Shown here: piece by piece, positions 35,950 through 45,220 of the stretch
Numbering within the stretch: position 1 is the stretch's first letter
Layout: every line of letters begins with the position of its first letter
Translations under genes and position numbers: made by a program
NCBI GenBank assembly: GCA_049294475.1
Contig: JBAQCV010000043.1
Location: 1-45,839, forward strand
Length of the DNA stretch: 45,839 bases
Reading direction: 5' to 3'
Source of the DNA: Candidatus Moraniibacteriota bacterium
GTDB lineage: Bacteria > Patescibacteriota > Minisyncoccia > Moranbacterales > UBA1568
The notes under the pieces: generated by a model
The model's database searches: none
Seen by the model: the letters and a program-made list of their open reading frames with translations, nothing else
What the model was told of the DNA's origin: nothing

Positions 35950-38430
35950 ATGTTCGCAACGAATTTCAGCCAAAAGCTGACCCTGCACGCCCGGCACAGC
36001 CTGAAAGAGGCCCGGGATATCGCCCGTTATGCCCGTCATCAGGCGATCGAGCCGGAGCACCTGCTCATGGCCATTTTCCTCGAAAGCACGAGCCTGGGAA
36101 GCATTCTCCTCGAAAATATCGGGTTCGAAAAGGAATCCCTCGCCAAACTGTGCCTCAGAAAAAAGGCTCACGGCAAGGTACTTCCGGCCACGCATACCAT
36201 TCCCCTGTCATCCCTGCTCAAGGATATCCTGCGGCGCGCCTATTTCCTCGCCAACCAGTTCCATTATCCGTATGTCGGCACAGAACACCTGGTCTATGCC
36301 CTCTTCGAATCGGACAGTGAAATCATCGATCACATCCTCCTCACGCTCGGCATAAACGATGACAAGGTACATGCCACGCTCGAGTCGCACCTGAATCTCG
36401 ATCATTTCCCGCAACTTTCCAAAATGCTCGATATGCCGGAAAACCTCCTGACAAAAAACAAGGTCGCCAAAAACAATGCGACACCGTATCTCGACCTGTA
36501 CGCCATCGATATGGCGCGATCGGATGCATATAGCGGCGATGTGCTGATCGGCAGAGCGAAAGAACTCGATCGCATCATCCGGATTCTCACCCGCAAGCAG
36601 AAAAATAATCCGCTGCTGATCGGCGAACCGGGTGTCGGAAAAACCGCGCTCGTCGCGGCGCTCGCCAAAATGATCGCGCGCGGCGATGCGCCTCATACGC
36701 TCATCGGCAAACGCATCCTCTCGCTCGATCTCACGCAGGTCGTCGCCGGTACCAATTTCCGCGGAGAATTCGAAGCGCGTCTCAAGGAAATCCTCCGCGA
36801 AGCGGCCAGGAATCGCGATACCATCCTGTTCATCGATGAGATCCATACCATCGTCGGCGCCGGCAATACCCAAGGCGGTCTCGATGCCGCCAACATACTG
36901 AAACCGGCCCTCTCACGGGGAGAAATCCAGTGCATCGGCGCCACGACATTCGCCGAATACAAGCGCCATCTGGAAAAAGATCCGGCGCTCGACCGGCGCT
37001 TCCAGTCCGTACTCATCGCCGAACCGACACTCGACGAAACCAAGGAAATCCTCTGGCATATCCGAAAAAGTTATGAGGATTTCCATCATATCGCTCTCTC
37101 CAGAGCAGTCATCGATATGGCCGTCGATCTCTCCGTGCGCTACATCCCGGACCGTTTCCTGCCGGATAAGGCGCTCGATATCATCGATGAGGCTTCGGCG
37201 CTCGCCAAACAGGGGCGTGGGACATCGCTCGCCGCCAAAACGCTCATCGAACTCGAGGAAGAGTTCCGGGTCGCGACCAAACTGAAAGAATCCCTCATCA
37301 AGAATGAGGAATATGATAACGCTTCCAAATGGCATACGCGCCAGAAAATGCTGGCCGAAAAAATTTCCGCTCTCAAGACAGAACGACAGGAAAACCCGGA
37401 ACACGAGCGCATCGCGGTCACACAAGAACATATCCTGCGAACCGTCTCGCAGATGGCCCGCATCCCTTTTTCCAAGCTCTCGAAAGAGAACCCGCGCCAA
37501 AGACTCACCCGGCTGCATGAAGCCCTCGACCGCCTCCTGATCGGACAGAAAGAAGCCGGTGCCGCTCTCGAAAAGACGCTCGCCCGTTCGCTCTCGAACA
37601 TCGGCGATCCCGATCGCCCGCTTGGGTCATTCCTGTTCCTCGGGCCCACCGGCGTCGGGAAAACGCTCGCCGCGAAAATCCTGGCGGAAGAATTCTTCGG
37701 CGACCAGGACGCGCTGACCCGTCTCGATATGAGCGAATTCATGGAACGCCACAGCGTCGCGCAGATTCTCGGCGCACCAGCCGGCTATGTCGGCTATGGC
37801 GAGGGAGGCAAGCTCACCGAAGCCGTACGCCGCAAGCCGTACTCCGTTATCCTATTCGATGAGATCGAGAAAGCACATCCGGATGTCTGGAATATCCTCC
37901 TGCAGATCCTCGACAACGGGACACTGACCGATGCCGAGGGCCGCACAGTGAGTTTCCGCAACACCCTCATCATCCTCACGTCCAATATCGGAACGGCATC
38001 CTTCACCCAGACAGCGCGCATCGGTTTCGCGAAACATATGGATGCCAGCGGTCTCCACGAACGATTCGAGGCTATCAGGCGCGAGGTGCTCGCCGAACTC
38101 AAGAAAGAGATGCGCCCGGAACTCCTCGCGCGTCTCGATCACACGATCGTGTTCAACGCCCTCACGCCGGAGGCCCTGCACGACATCGCGCGTCTCGAGC
38201 TCGATACGCTGAAGAAGCGCCTGAAGGCCCAGGGCATCAAGCTTGCCTATGCTCCCGCTCTCGTCACATTCATAGCCAAAAAAAGTTTCGCCCCCGAACA
38301 AGGCGCCCGTCTCGTCAGAAAAAACATCCAGGATTTCGTCGAAAAAAGCATCGCGGAAACGCTCCTCGATGCTCCGGAGAAAAAATCGCTCCGCCTCTCT
38401 ATCAAAAACGATTCCATCGTGTGCGCCTAG
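35950..38430 (+). CDS. clpC: Class I Hsp100 AAA+ chaperone, ClpC-type (short M-domain, IGF-like loop)
   Basis: The product has Clp_N repeats and two Walker A motifs (GEPGVGKTALV, GPTGVGKTLAAK). The short UVR-like linker contains EEYDNASKW, and TARIGFAKH is present. The ORF-track ATG at 35929 lies only 2 nt past the -10 box, so I chose the ATG at 35950. Confidence 0.88.
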   Translation: MFATNFSQKLTLHARHSLKEARDIARYARHQAIEPEHLLMAIFLESTSLGSILLENIGFEKESLAKLCLRKKAHGKVLPATHTIPLSSLLKDILRRAYFLANQFHYPYVGTEHLVYALFESDSEIIDHILLTLGINDDKVHATLESHLNLDHFPQLSKMLDMPENLLTKNKVAKNNATPYLDLYAIDMARSDAYSGDVLIGRAKELDRIIRILTRKQKNNPLLIGEPGVGKTALVAALAKMIARGDAPHTLIGKRILSLDLTQVVAGTNFRGEFEARLKEILREAARNRDTILFIDEIHTIVGAGNTQGGLDAANILKPALSRGEIQCIGATTFAEYKRHLEKDPALDRRFQSVLIAEPTLDETKEILWHIRKSYEDFHHIALSRAVIDMAVDLSVRYIPDRFLPDKALDIIDEASALAKQGRGTSLAAKTLIELEEEFRVATKLKESLIKNEEYDNASKWHTRQKMLAEKISALKTERQENPEHERIAVTQEHILRTVSQMARIPFSKLSKENPRQRLTRLHEALDRLLIGQKEAGAALEKTLARSLSNIGDPDRPLGSFLFLGPTGVGKTLAAKILAEEFFGDQDALTRLDMSEFMERHSVAQILGAPAGYVGYGEGGKLTEAVRRKPYSVILFDEIEKAHPDVWNILLQILDNGTLTDAEGRTVSFRNTLIILTSNIGTASFTQTARIGFAKHMDASGLHERFEAIRREVLAELKKEMRPELLARLDHTIVFNALTPEALHDIARLELDTLKKRLKAQGIKLAYAPALVTFIAKKSFAPEQGARLVRKNIQDFVEKSIAETLLDAPEKKSLRLSIKNDSIVCA

Positions 38431-39155
38431 AGATCCGCCCCGTGCTCAGAAAAATCAGCGCCGGCGTATTGGATACGCTGTTCCCGATCAGCTGCCTCGG
38501 CTGCGGCGCGCCTCGGGAGCATCTGTGCCGAACATGCCTGGATATCTTCCCGCGGCGCCTGCGCCAGCGCTGCCCGACCTGTCTCCATGCCACCACGCCG
38601 CGAGGCGAGTCCTGTTTCGCCTGTTCCGGAAAGAATTTCCTCGATGGACTCTTCGCTGCCTCTATCTATAGATTCCACCTCGTTTCAGCATCCATTCATA
38701 CCTGCAAATACCGCTTCATCCCGGCGTTCGCGCAGCCGCTCGGCGTCTGGCTCGGAGAAAGGATCGCGGAAATCGGCCTGCCGCTCCCCGATCTCTATAT
38801 CCCTGTTCCGCTCCATCCGCGCCGCCTGCGCTTCCGCGGATTCAACCAGTCCGAACTGCTCGCGAAAACCCTCGCCGATACGCTCGCGCCGGGACTCGGC
38901 ATCCCCGTGCGAACCGATATCCTGCGCCGTATCCGCTATACCAGACCGCAGATGAAGACGCATACGCGCGAAGAGCGCCTCGGCAATCTCGCGGGCGCCT
39001 TCGCTCTCGTCGCGGCAAACGCGCCGCTGATACGGGGCAAATCAGTCTGGCTCATCGACGATGTCGCCACCACCGGCACCACGCTCGAAGAATGCGCCAA
39101 GATCCTCAAACGCTCCGGCGCCAAGAATGTTTTCGGCATCGTACTCGCTCGTTAA
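38421..39155 (+). CDS. comFC: ComF-family (ComFC) phosphoribosyltransferase-like competence protein
   Basis: The N-terminal 4-Cys region reads CLGCG...CRTC...CPTC...CFAC. The C-terminal PRTase motif is VWLIDDVATTGTTL. The gene overlaps the clpC end by 10 nt. Confidence 0.85.
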   Translation: MRLEIRPVLRKISAGVLDTLFPISCLGCGAPREHLCRTCLDIFPRRLRQRCPTCLHATTPRGESCFACSGKNFLDGLFAASIYRFHLVSASIHTCKYRFIPAFAQPLGVWLGERIAEIGLPLPDLYIPVPLHPRRLRFRGFNQSELLAKTLADTLAPGLGIPVRTDILRRIRYTRPQMKTHTREERLGNLAGAFALVAANAPLIRGKSVWLIDDVATTGTTLEECAKILKRSGAKNVFGIVLAR

Positions 39156-39168
39156 AAAAATGTGTCTG

Positions 39169-39250
39169 CTAAAAAAACTCCAAAGTTTTTAGATGAACCG
39201 CGCCGAAGAGATTTCGCCACATGGTTCCCTAAAAAACCTTGGAGTTTTTC
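39169..39250. terminator. Possible bidirectional terminator between convergent comFC and the SurA-N-like gene
   Basis: AAAAAAACTCCAAAGTTTTT (39171-39190) is the near reverse complement of AAAAAACCTTGGAGTTTTT (39231-39249). An inner GAACC/GGTTC stem is present, and T-tracts lie on both strands. Confidence 0.35.
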
Positions 39251-39266
39251 CGCTTGAAATAAGTTT

Positions 39267-39962
39267 TTAGTACTGCGTGTAATATTTGATATCGGCTGCC
39301 GCGCGCAGATCGCTCACCCATTTCGCCGCTTCCGTGTTGAATTTCTGTCCTTTCAGCTGTTCTCGCGCCTGATTTTTCAGGTCATCCGAGCTCGTCCCTT
39401 TCGGTGTCAGCGCGCTGTTGGCACTCAAGTACTGGTTGACCTCCTCATCGCTTACCACGAGCTTGTCGGACAAAATCTGCTCGAGTCCCTTGTTGATCAT
39501 GATCTGTTCCCGCAATTCCTCCACCGTCATGCCCTGTTCCATCAGTGCCTGCTCGAGCGTGACGCCCTGCCCGGCTATCTGCGTCTCTATGGCGTTCATT
39601 TCCGTATCGATATCTCCGCTCTGCACGGCAACGCCTGATTTTTTCATCTCGCTTTCTATCAGCTTCTTCGTGATGATCGTATCCAAAGCATTTTTCCCCG
39701 CCTTCTTCTCAAGCTCTGACACGACACTCCACCGGCTCACCGGACTGCCGTTAATAGTCGCTGCGATGAACAGGCCCTTGAAATAATACAGTCCTCCGGC
39801 AACAATGGCGGCGGCGACCCAGAAAATAATCAGCCGCTTGTTCTGCCTGCTGATATCCACTGTGCGGATCTTCGCGATCAAGGCATGCGCCGCTTCCTTC
39901 GCCGTTTTTCCACTTGCTGTCTTTTCTCCTGACACTTCCTGTTTCGGCAGCCCGTTCTCCAT
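39267..39962 (-). CDS. Membrane-anchored SurA-N-terminal-domain-like chaperone (no parvulin motif seen)
   Basis: The 231-aa product has an N-terminal TM (LIIFWVAAAIVAGGLYYF). It continues with ATINGSPVSRWSV..EL....G..ALD.II..KLIE, typical of the SurA_N/PrsA N-domain. Confidence 0.55.
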   Translation of the reverse strand: MENGLPKQEVSGEKTASGKTAKEAAHALIAKIRTVDISRQNKRLIIFWVAAAIVAGGLYYFKGLFIAATINGSPVSRWSVVSELEKKAGKNALDTIITKKLIESEMKKSGVAVQSGDIDTEMNAIETQIAGQGVTLEQALMEQGMTVEELREQIMINKGLEQILSDKLVVSDEEVNQYLSANSALTPKGTSSDDLKNQAREQLKGQKFNTEAAKWVSDLRAAADIKYYTQY

Positions 39963-39997
39963 ATGATTATGATTTCAACAGAATTAGTCCAAGCACA

Positions 39998-40297
39998 TCA
40001 CTCGTGCCGCTTCGGAGAGGGCTTCTCCTGATACCCATGCGTCCCGGTGCCTGTGCGGTATATTGCCAGATAGTCATTATATGCCTCCGTGTATTGCAGC
40101 CACATATCGTCGACTGCGTTTTTTCCATTTGCCGCAGTACCCGTTTCCTGCCAGGCCTGATACGCCTCGAGATAGAGATGGTACGCCGCCTTGCTTTTTT
40201 CCAATGCCTCCGCAGACAACCGCAGAGCTTCTCGCTTCTCCTCTTCCGTCCTTTCCTGCCGCCCCATCGAACCGTCTTCGAACGTACTCATAATCAC
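39998..40297 (-). CDS. Small hypothetical protein (99 aa, Tyr/Trp-rich helical)
   Basis: It is co-oriented with both neighbours, with gaps of 35-42 nt. I recognised no family. The competing plus-strand ORF 39914-40303 is less plausible. Confidence 0.45.
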   Translation of the reverse strand: MIMSTFEDGSMGRQERTEEEKREALRLSAEALEKSKAAYHLYLEAYQAWQETGTAANGKNAVDDMWLQYTEAYNDYLAIYRTGTGTHGYQEKPSPKRHE

Positions 40298-40339
40298 CGG
40301 TAATATTAATACTCTATCCCCTGGATTATATCACACGCC

Positions 40340-40783
40340 CTACTCGCCGATGATCTGCAGCGCCACTTTCCTCGGTCTCGAGCTGCACAATTCTATGACG
40401 AAGACCCGCTGCCATGTCCCCAGCTGCAGACTATTCCCTATCACATTGAGCATCGTCGAGGTCGGCAGATGAAGCGCTTTATTGTGCGAATGGCCGTTGA
40501 CAGGCTCATTGGCGTTCATATTGACCGTGCGGATCTTGAAATTGTCATGCATGTACTTGTACGTCCTCGGCGCCAGCTTTTCCAAGAGCACTTTCATATC
40601 CTCGATAAGCAGCGGCTCCGCCTCGTTCACGATGACGGCCAGCGTGGTGTGCAGGCTCTGGATATTGATGACGCCGTTCTTGATTTTCGATGCCTTGATC
40701 TTCCTCTGCACTTTGTCAGTGATATCGATGAAATCCATGGTCGCGCTGGTCGTCAGCTCTATGATGTGATTCACGATCTTCAT
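40340..40783 (-). CDS. yjbQ: YjbQ/UPF0047 family protein (secondary thiamine-phosphate synthase-like)
   Basis: DITDKV, G...I...HTT.A...NE, HSH.K..L...S....V....L.LGTWQ.V...E. is the typical YjbQ pattern. Confidence 0.8.
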   Translation of the reverse strand: MKIVNHIIELTTSATMDFIDITDKVQRKIKASKIKNGVINIQSLHTTLAVIVNEAEPLLIEDMKVLLEKLAPRTYKYMHDNFKIRTVNMNANEPVNGHSHNKALHLPTSTMLNVIGNSLQLGTWQRVFVIELCSSRPRKVALQIIGE

Positions 40784-40837
40784 ATGTTTTGGTATTTCTT
40801 GAAATTATGCCGGAAGTCTAAACGACAAATTTTTTCT

Positions 40838-41689
40838 TCAAGAAAGTCTATAAACAGCTCCAGGAAAATTATAGACCAGGTTCCCGTTATCCTCACGCCG
40901 CAGTTTAATCGCGTGCTGCTTATTTTTTGGTAACTTCTCAATATATTCAACCCACATTGATTGCCCAAGTTCAGTCATTTCTTTGGTTTGCAAATACTTC
41001 ATCACGCCTTCAAAATTTTGTGACTTGCTACATTGAAAACCGGCCTCAGTAAACCATTTATTCAATTCATCGTCTGTCGCGAAATATCTTGGGAATTCCT
41101 TGCCCATATCCTGATACTGCCCCGACATAAGATCTTTGATATTCACAATATTGTTCAAGACTTCTTGAGTTTCTGTAGTCGTATAGTATGTTTGCAAAGT
41201 GAAGACTCCATTTTTCTTCAAAATTCTTCGAATCTCTTGCAGCGCTTTTAATTGGGCGCGCTTGGGTACATCATACATTGCAGATCTTAAAAAGATTCTG
41301 TCAAAACTGTGTTCTGGAAATGGCATTGCAAGGATGGATGATTGTACTTTATGCACTTCGCCCTCGACGGCATTGAGCATTCCTCGACTAAAATCAAGAG
41401 CATACACTTTTGACTTTGGAAACCGCCTTTGTAATTCAACGGACAATAATCCTGTTCCGCACATTGCATCAAGAGCGACCATCCCATCCCCCATTTCCGA
41501 TGAATCAATCAACAGGGGGATTAAATCATCGCGTCGTATACCGTCGTATACCTCTGTATTCCACTGCGAGGCAATTCTATCGTAGCGTTGCTGCAACGGC
41601 ACATTAACGATAGGATACAGGTCGGTTTCGCTAATTTCCTTTTCCTGTCTTTCAAAACTGTTGATTGGATTTTCAAAGTTATTTTTCAT
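40838..41689 (-). CDS. Class I SAM-dependent methyltransferase
   Basis: Motif I is VALDAMCGTGLLS, post-I is VYALDFSRGML, and motif III-like is LKKNGVF. The substrate is unknown. Confidence 0.85.
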   Translation of the reverse strand: MKNNFENPINSFERQEKEISETDLYPIVNVPLQQRYDRIASQWNTEVYDGIRRDDLIPLLIDSSEMGDGMVALDAMCGTGLLSVELQRRFPKSKVYALDFSRGMLNAVEGEVHKVQSSILAMPFPEHSFDRIFLRSAMYDVPKRAQLKALQEIRRILKKNGVFTLQTYYTTTETQEVLNNIVNIKDLMSGQYQDMGKEFPRYFATDDELNKWFTEAGFQCSKSQNFEGVMKYLQTKEMTELGQSMWVEYIEKLPKNKQHAIKLRREDNGNLVYNFPGAVYRLS

Positions 41690-41845
41690 AGGGTTATTTC
41701 GAGAAATTTACTGTTGAAAATTTTATTGAAAACTTGGCGGGCGTCATCGGTCTAGAACTTTGAGAAATCAAGCCGTTGAGGGATTTCTTGGAGGTCTTGG
41801 CCGACGAGCGAATTGGAGTGCTCGGGTCGCGATTTTGAGGATAAA

Positions 41846-41914
41846 ATGAGACAAATGAGACACAGGACAGACCCTGTCTTATTTTACCATATGAGACAGC
41901 TGAATGTCTCATAT
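41846..41914. promoter_or_regulatory. ATGAGACA motif array with a 10-bp perfect palindrome
   Basis: ATGAGACA occurs at 41846-41853, 41855-41862 and 41891-41898, with the inverted TGTCTCAT at 41905-41912. The palindrome ATATGAGACA-6nt-TGTCTCATAT spans 41889-41914. Confidence 0.45.
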
Positions 41915-41920
41915 ATAGGC

Positions 41921-42700
41921 CTAATATGGCTTATAGAAGGATATCTGGTTGGTCTCGGAGTCTTGGACCACATTCTCCACCCTCCGCTTCTCACCCAGAG
42001 GCATGACGTCATCCAGTGAATATGAGCAAAGCCGCCTTAACCCTCTCCCTCTGTACTCGAGACTACAGAAAAGATAGGTCATGAAGGATCCCGTAAAACG
42101 ATAGCGCCGGATGCAACTTTCCAGCTGTTCCTCGATTTCTGATTCGTATCCTTTCCATGGGGATAAGCCGGGTATCCACTCAATCCAGTATTCAACCGTA
42201 TAGCGTAACAATGATAGGATCTCTTGTTTTGCGTACAGGTTCCCTTTCTGGGTGATCCTAACAAGCGCGATGCTTATAGCATTTCTTATCTTTCTATCCT
42301 CATAGTCCTGAGGAGATAGGAAAGTGTAAAGTTTACCCTTGTATTTCTTAAGCACCAGATTAACTTCCTTACGATTTCTATACCACTTCAATGCTTGCCA
42401 TTGGCGTTTTGTACGGCTACGGTTGCCACTCCATTTCTTCTGAAGCTCTTTGTCTAAGTGGCTGACTATCTTATCCCAATCAATGTCGCCGATATCGCTC
42501 CGTACGTTTTTCCAGAAAAAGTGGTATATACGAGGTGCATTTTCTACTATCCATGAACTGGTAATTTTTGGAGGCTGTTGTTTACAAAGCAACTCATTCA
42601 GCTCTTCTATAATGGTATCAAAATTTGTCACTTTATAGCCTCGTTTTTCAGCCATCACAAAGTAAGATGATTTCGAAACACGAGAATTTAACACTCGCAT
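41921..42700 (-). CDS. Hypothetical Trp/Arg/Lys-rich protein (259 aa) with a possible sigma70-region-2-like C-terminal part
   Basis: This is a long ORF in the low-GC block. The segment QKGNLYAKQEILSLLRYTVEYW...CIRRYRFTGSFMTYLFCSL resembles the recalled ECF sigma region 2 pattern (QKGD..AF..L...Y.......FRG.S.F.TWLYRIA). Confidence 0.55.
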   Translation of the reverse strand: MRVLNSRVSKSSYFVMAEKRGYKVTNFDTIIEELNELLCKQQPPKITSSWIVENAPRIYHFFWKNVRSDIGDIDWDKIVSHLDKELQKKWSGNRSRTKRQWQALKWYRNRKEVNLVLKKYKGKLYTFLSPQDYEDRKIRNAISIALVRITQKGNLYAKQEILSLLRYTVEYWIEWIPGLSPWKGYESEIEEQLESCIRRYRFTGSFMTYLFCSLEYRGRGLRRLCSYSLDDVMPLGEKRRVENVVQDSETNQISFYKPY

Positions 42701-42804
42701 TCTCTTTATATAAAGTTAAGTATATAGGGAGTTTTTTCATTTCTCATGGAACTAGAAAATATTAGAACTTATTTACTTTGAATTATGAAGCTCAGCAACC
42801 ATAC

Positions 42805-43245
42805 TTATTTAGCTATCTGAGGCATAATCGAAACGGTGTCAGCAGCTATACTACCATCAGAATTACTTTTTCCATTGATGGTAACCTGTTGCCCCGTCGC
42901 TAGATCGGAAAGATTACCTATTTCTGCTTTCCGGACATTAGCGGTATCAGAAAAATAGACAATGGTTGATCCGCCATCTGCGGTCTTGAGAGTCAGGCTC
43001 TTATCGTCTTTTGAGAGAATTTCTCCAGAGACAAAGTCGCCGCCGCTTTGTCCTCTGCTTCCCATCATTCCTCTGCGCGATTGTCCTCCCTGCCCATTGC
43101 CGCCGGTACCACTACCAAACTGAGTTCGCGCGGTAACCCTGGCTTTGGCAGCGACACTTTTATCATATTGTATACCACCATAAAACGCTCCTCCACCCAC
43201 GAGAATCAATGCGATCACGAATACTGCTATATACTTGTTACTCAT
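42805..43245 (-). CDS. Membrane-anchored Gly-rich protein with DUF5666-like beta domain
   Basis: The product has an N-terminal TM, a G/S/Q-rich linker, and then GEILSKDDKSLTLKTADGGSTIVYFSD...GQQVTINGK. This pattern is recalled and unverified. Confidence 0.55.
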   Translation of the reverse strand: MSNKYIAVFVIALILVGGGAFYGGIQYDKSVAAKARVTARTQFGSGTGGNGQGGQSRRGMMGSRGQSGGDFVSGEILSKDDKSLTLKTADGGSTIVYFSDTANVRKAEIGNLSDLATGQQVTINGKSNSDGSIAADTVSIMPQIAK

Positions 43246-43287
43246 ATATTTTTTCTTACTTAATTACATTTTTTATCACATATTATT

Positions 43288-44505
43288 TTATTCATACCGC
43301 AGTGCCTCCATCGGACTAAAGTTGGCCGCTCTCTGTGCCGGATAGAATCCAAAAACTATACCTACTCCAGCTGATACGCCAAACGCCAAGAGGATGGAGG
43401 AAAGCGAAATCACCGTAGCCAGGCCGGCCAACTGTGTAATCAACAGTGAAGCCAACCAACCGAGAACCACTCCCATCACACCACCAAAAAAAGTGAGGGC
43501 TACCGCCTCTGATAAAAATTGCCACAAAATATACTCTTTGCGAATACCGACTGCCTTACGCAAACCAATTTCCTTAGTCCGTTCAGTCACCGTTGTCAGC
43601 ATCATATTCATAATGCCGATACCTCCAACAAGTAGCGAGATACCGGCAATCGACGCCAAGAGCATGGTAAAAGTACCGGTGATACTGGATGCGGTAGCAA
43701 TGATATCCGCTTGGTTCATAAGACTGAAATCCGCTTGCGTTGGGTCAGAAATATTATGTTTTTGAAGCAAGAGGCTCGTTATCTGCTGTTGTACAGTTAC
43801 CATCGAACTTTGGTCGCTAGCGGCCACACTGATAGTCGATACAAAAATATCTCCGGCCAGAAAATGCTGAGCACTCGACAGCGGAACATAGATGGAATCA
43901 TCCGGATTGGAAAAGCCACTTCCTCCTTTGGACAGAGTTACCCCAACGACCTCAAAGTCAACATTTCGGATGCGAATAATTTGTCCGATGGGATTGGTAC
44001 TTACTCCAAAAAGATCATCTCGCACTGCCGAACCAAGAATCGCAACTTTCGATGAAGTTTTTACTTGTTGGTCTGTGATAAATGTTCCCGAACCCATGGT
44101 AATATTCCTCACCGTCAGGTAATCGGGAACTGTTCCTACCACTTGCGTATTGGTATTAGTGCCTTTGGCTGTCACTTGATAACGCCGTGATACTTCCGGA
44201 GCCACAGCCTTGATATTTTGCACTTCGCTTTTGAGAGCACTGACATCCTCGAGCGTCAGTGATTGGGCACTACCAGCCCCACCACTCAAGCCCCCAGTCC
44301 GCTGGGCTCCGGGCCGGACAATAATCAGATTGGAACCGATAGATTGGATACTCTCCGCGATTGAGGCTTGGGCACCCTGACCGATAGACACCATGGTAAT
44401 CACCGAAGCAATGCCAATGACAATGCCTAAAATAGTCAGACCCGATCTGACTTTGTTGGCCGATAGGGACCAAAATGTTTCTTTGAGAATATCGGTGACA
44501 ATCAT
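43288..44505 (-). CDS. ABC transporter permease, MacB/FtsX family
   Basis: The 405-aa product has TM1, a large periplasmic MacB_PCD-like domain and the C-terminal FtsX 3-TM bundle (ERTKEIGLRKAVG). Confidence 0.9.
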   Translation of the reverse strand: MIVTDILKETFWSLSANKVRSGLTILGIVIGIASVITMVSIGQGAQASIAESIQSIGSNLIIVRPGAQRTGGLSGGAGSAQSLTLEDVSALKSEVQNIKAVAPEVSRRYQVTAKGTNTNTQVVGTVPDYLTVRNITMGSGTFITDQQVKTSSKVAILGSAVRDDLFGVSTNPIGQIIRIRNVDFEVVGVTLSKGGSGFSNPDDSIYVPLSSAQHFLAGDIFVSTISVAASDQSSMVTVQQQITSLLLQKHNISDPTQADFSLMNQADIIATASSITGTFTMLLASIAGISLLVGGIGIMNMMLTTVTERTKEIGLRKAVGIRKEYILWQFLSEAVALTFFGGVMGVVLGWLASLLITQLAGLATVISLSSILLAFGVSAGVGIVFGFYPAQRAANFSPMEALRYE

Positions 44506-45194
44506 GATGTTGCTTTTTTCCGTATATCACTTTCAATTATGCCATCGCGGAGGGTAATGACTCTCTCGGCAAATGCGGCAATCTCTGGTTCATGGGTAAT
44601 CAGGATAATCGTGTGTCCTTTCTGATGCAATTCTTGAAAGGCCTGCATCACGATATGACTCGTTTTCGTATCTAGGTTGCCCGTTGGTTCGTCAGCTAAA
44701 ATAATCGCCGGATTGTTAATAAGTGCACGCGCAATAGCCACCCTCTGTATTTGCCCACCGGACAGCTGATTGGAAAGATTGTTATATTTACTTTCCTCCA
44801 AACCAGCATACTTGAGACACTCCCGTGCTCGAGCTTCACGTTCCTCTTCTGTAGTCTTCGTATAGAGGAGCGGGAGCATCACATTCCTGAGAACGGTCGT
44901 CCGCGGCAAAAGGTTGAAGGCTTGAAAAACGAACCCTATCTTTTGCTGGCGCAGTTCTGATAGTTCATCATCGTTGAGTTTTGATACTTCTTTGCCATCC
45001 AAAAAATAAGTGCCATTGGTGGGTACTTCGAGTGCCCCGAGAATATGCATAAGTGTTGACTTGCCCGATCCGGAAGGGCCGATGATAGCTACAAACTCTC
45101 CCTTGGCCACGGTAAATGAAATACCATCCAAGGCAGTTGTGTCTACTTCTCCGGTTTCATAGACTTTGGTTAAGTCCTTGCATACGATCATCAT
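44502..45194 (-). CDS. ABC transporter ATP-binding protein (MacB/LolD-type)
   Basis: Walker [11 protein letters not shown]-loop, [15 protein letters not shown] and Walker [12 protein letters not shown] are present. The gene overlaps the permease by 4 nt. Confidence 0.95.
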   Translation of the reverse strand: MMIVCKDLTKVYETGEVDTTALDGISFTVAKGEFVAIIGPSGSGKSTLMHILGALEVPTNGTYFLDGKEVSKLNDDELSELRQQKIGFVFQAFNLLPRTTVLRNVMLPLLYTKTTEEEREARARECLKYAGLEESKYNNLSNQLSGGQIQRVAIARALINNPAIILADEPTGNLDTKTSHIVMQAFQELHQKGHTIILITHEPEIAAFAERVITLRDGIIESDIRKKATS

Positions 45195-45220
45195 AATGCC
45201 TGAGACTACGATTACTTCAA

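Noticed and set aside
41694-41912. 72-aa minus-strand ORF filling the gap upstream of the methyltransferase
   Set aside because: The sequence is Ser/Lys-rich and low-complexity, and its ATG sits inside the 10-bp palindrome. No ribosome-binding site or family resemblance was found. I kept the region as non-coding regulatory sequence, but a small basic protein cannot be excluded.
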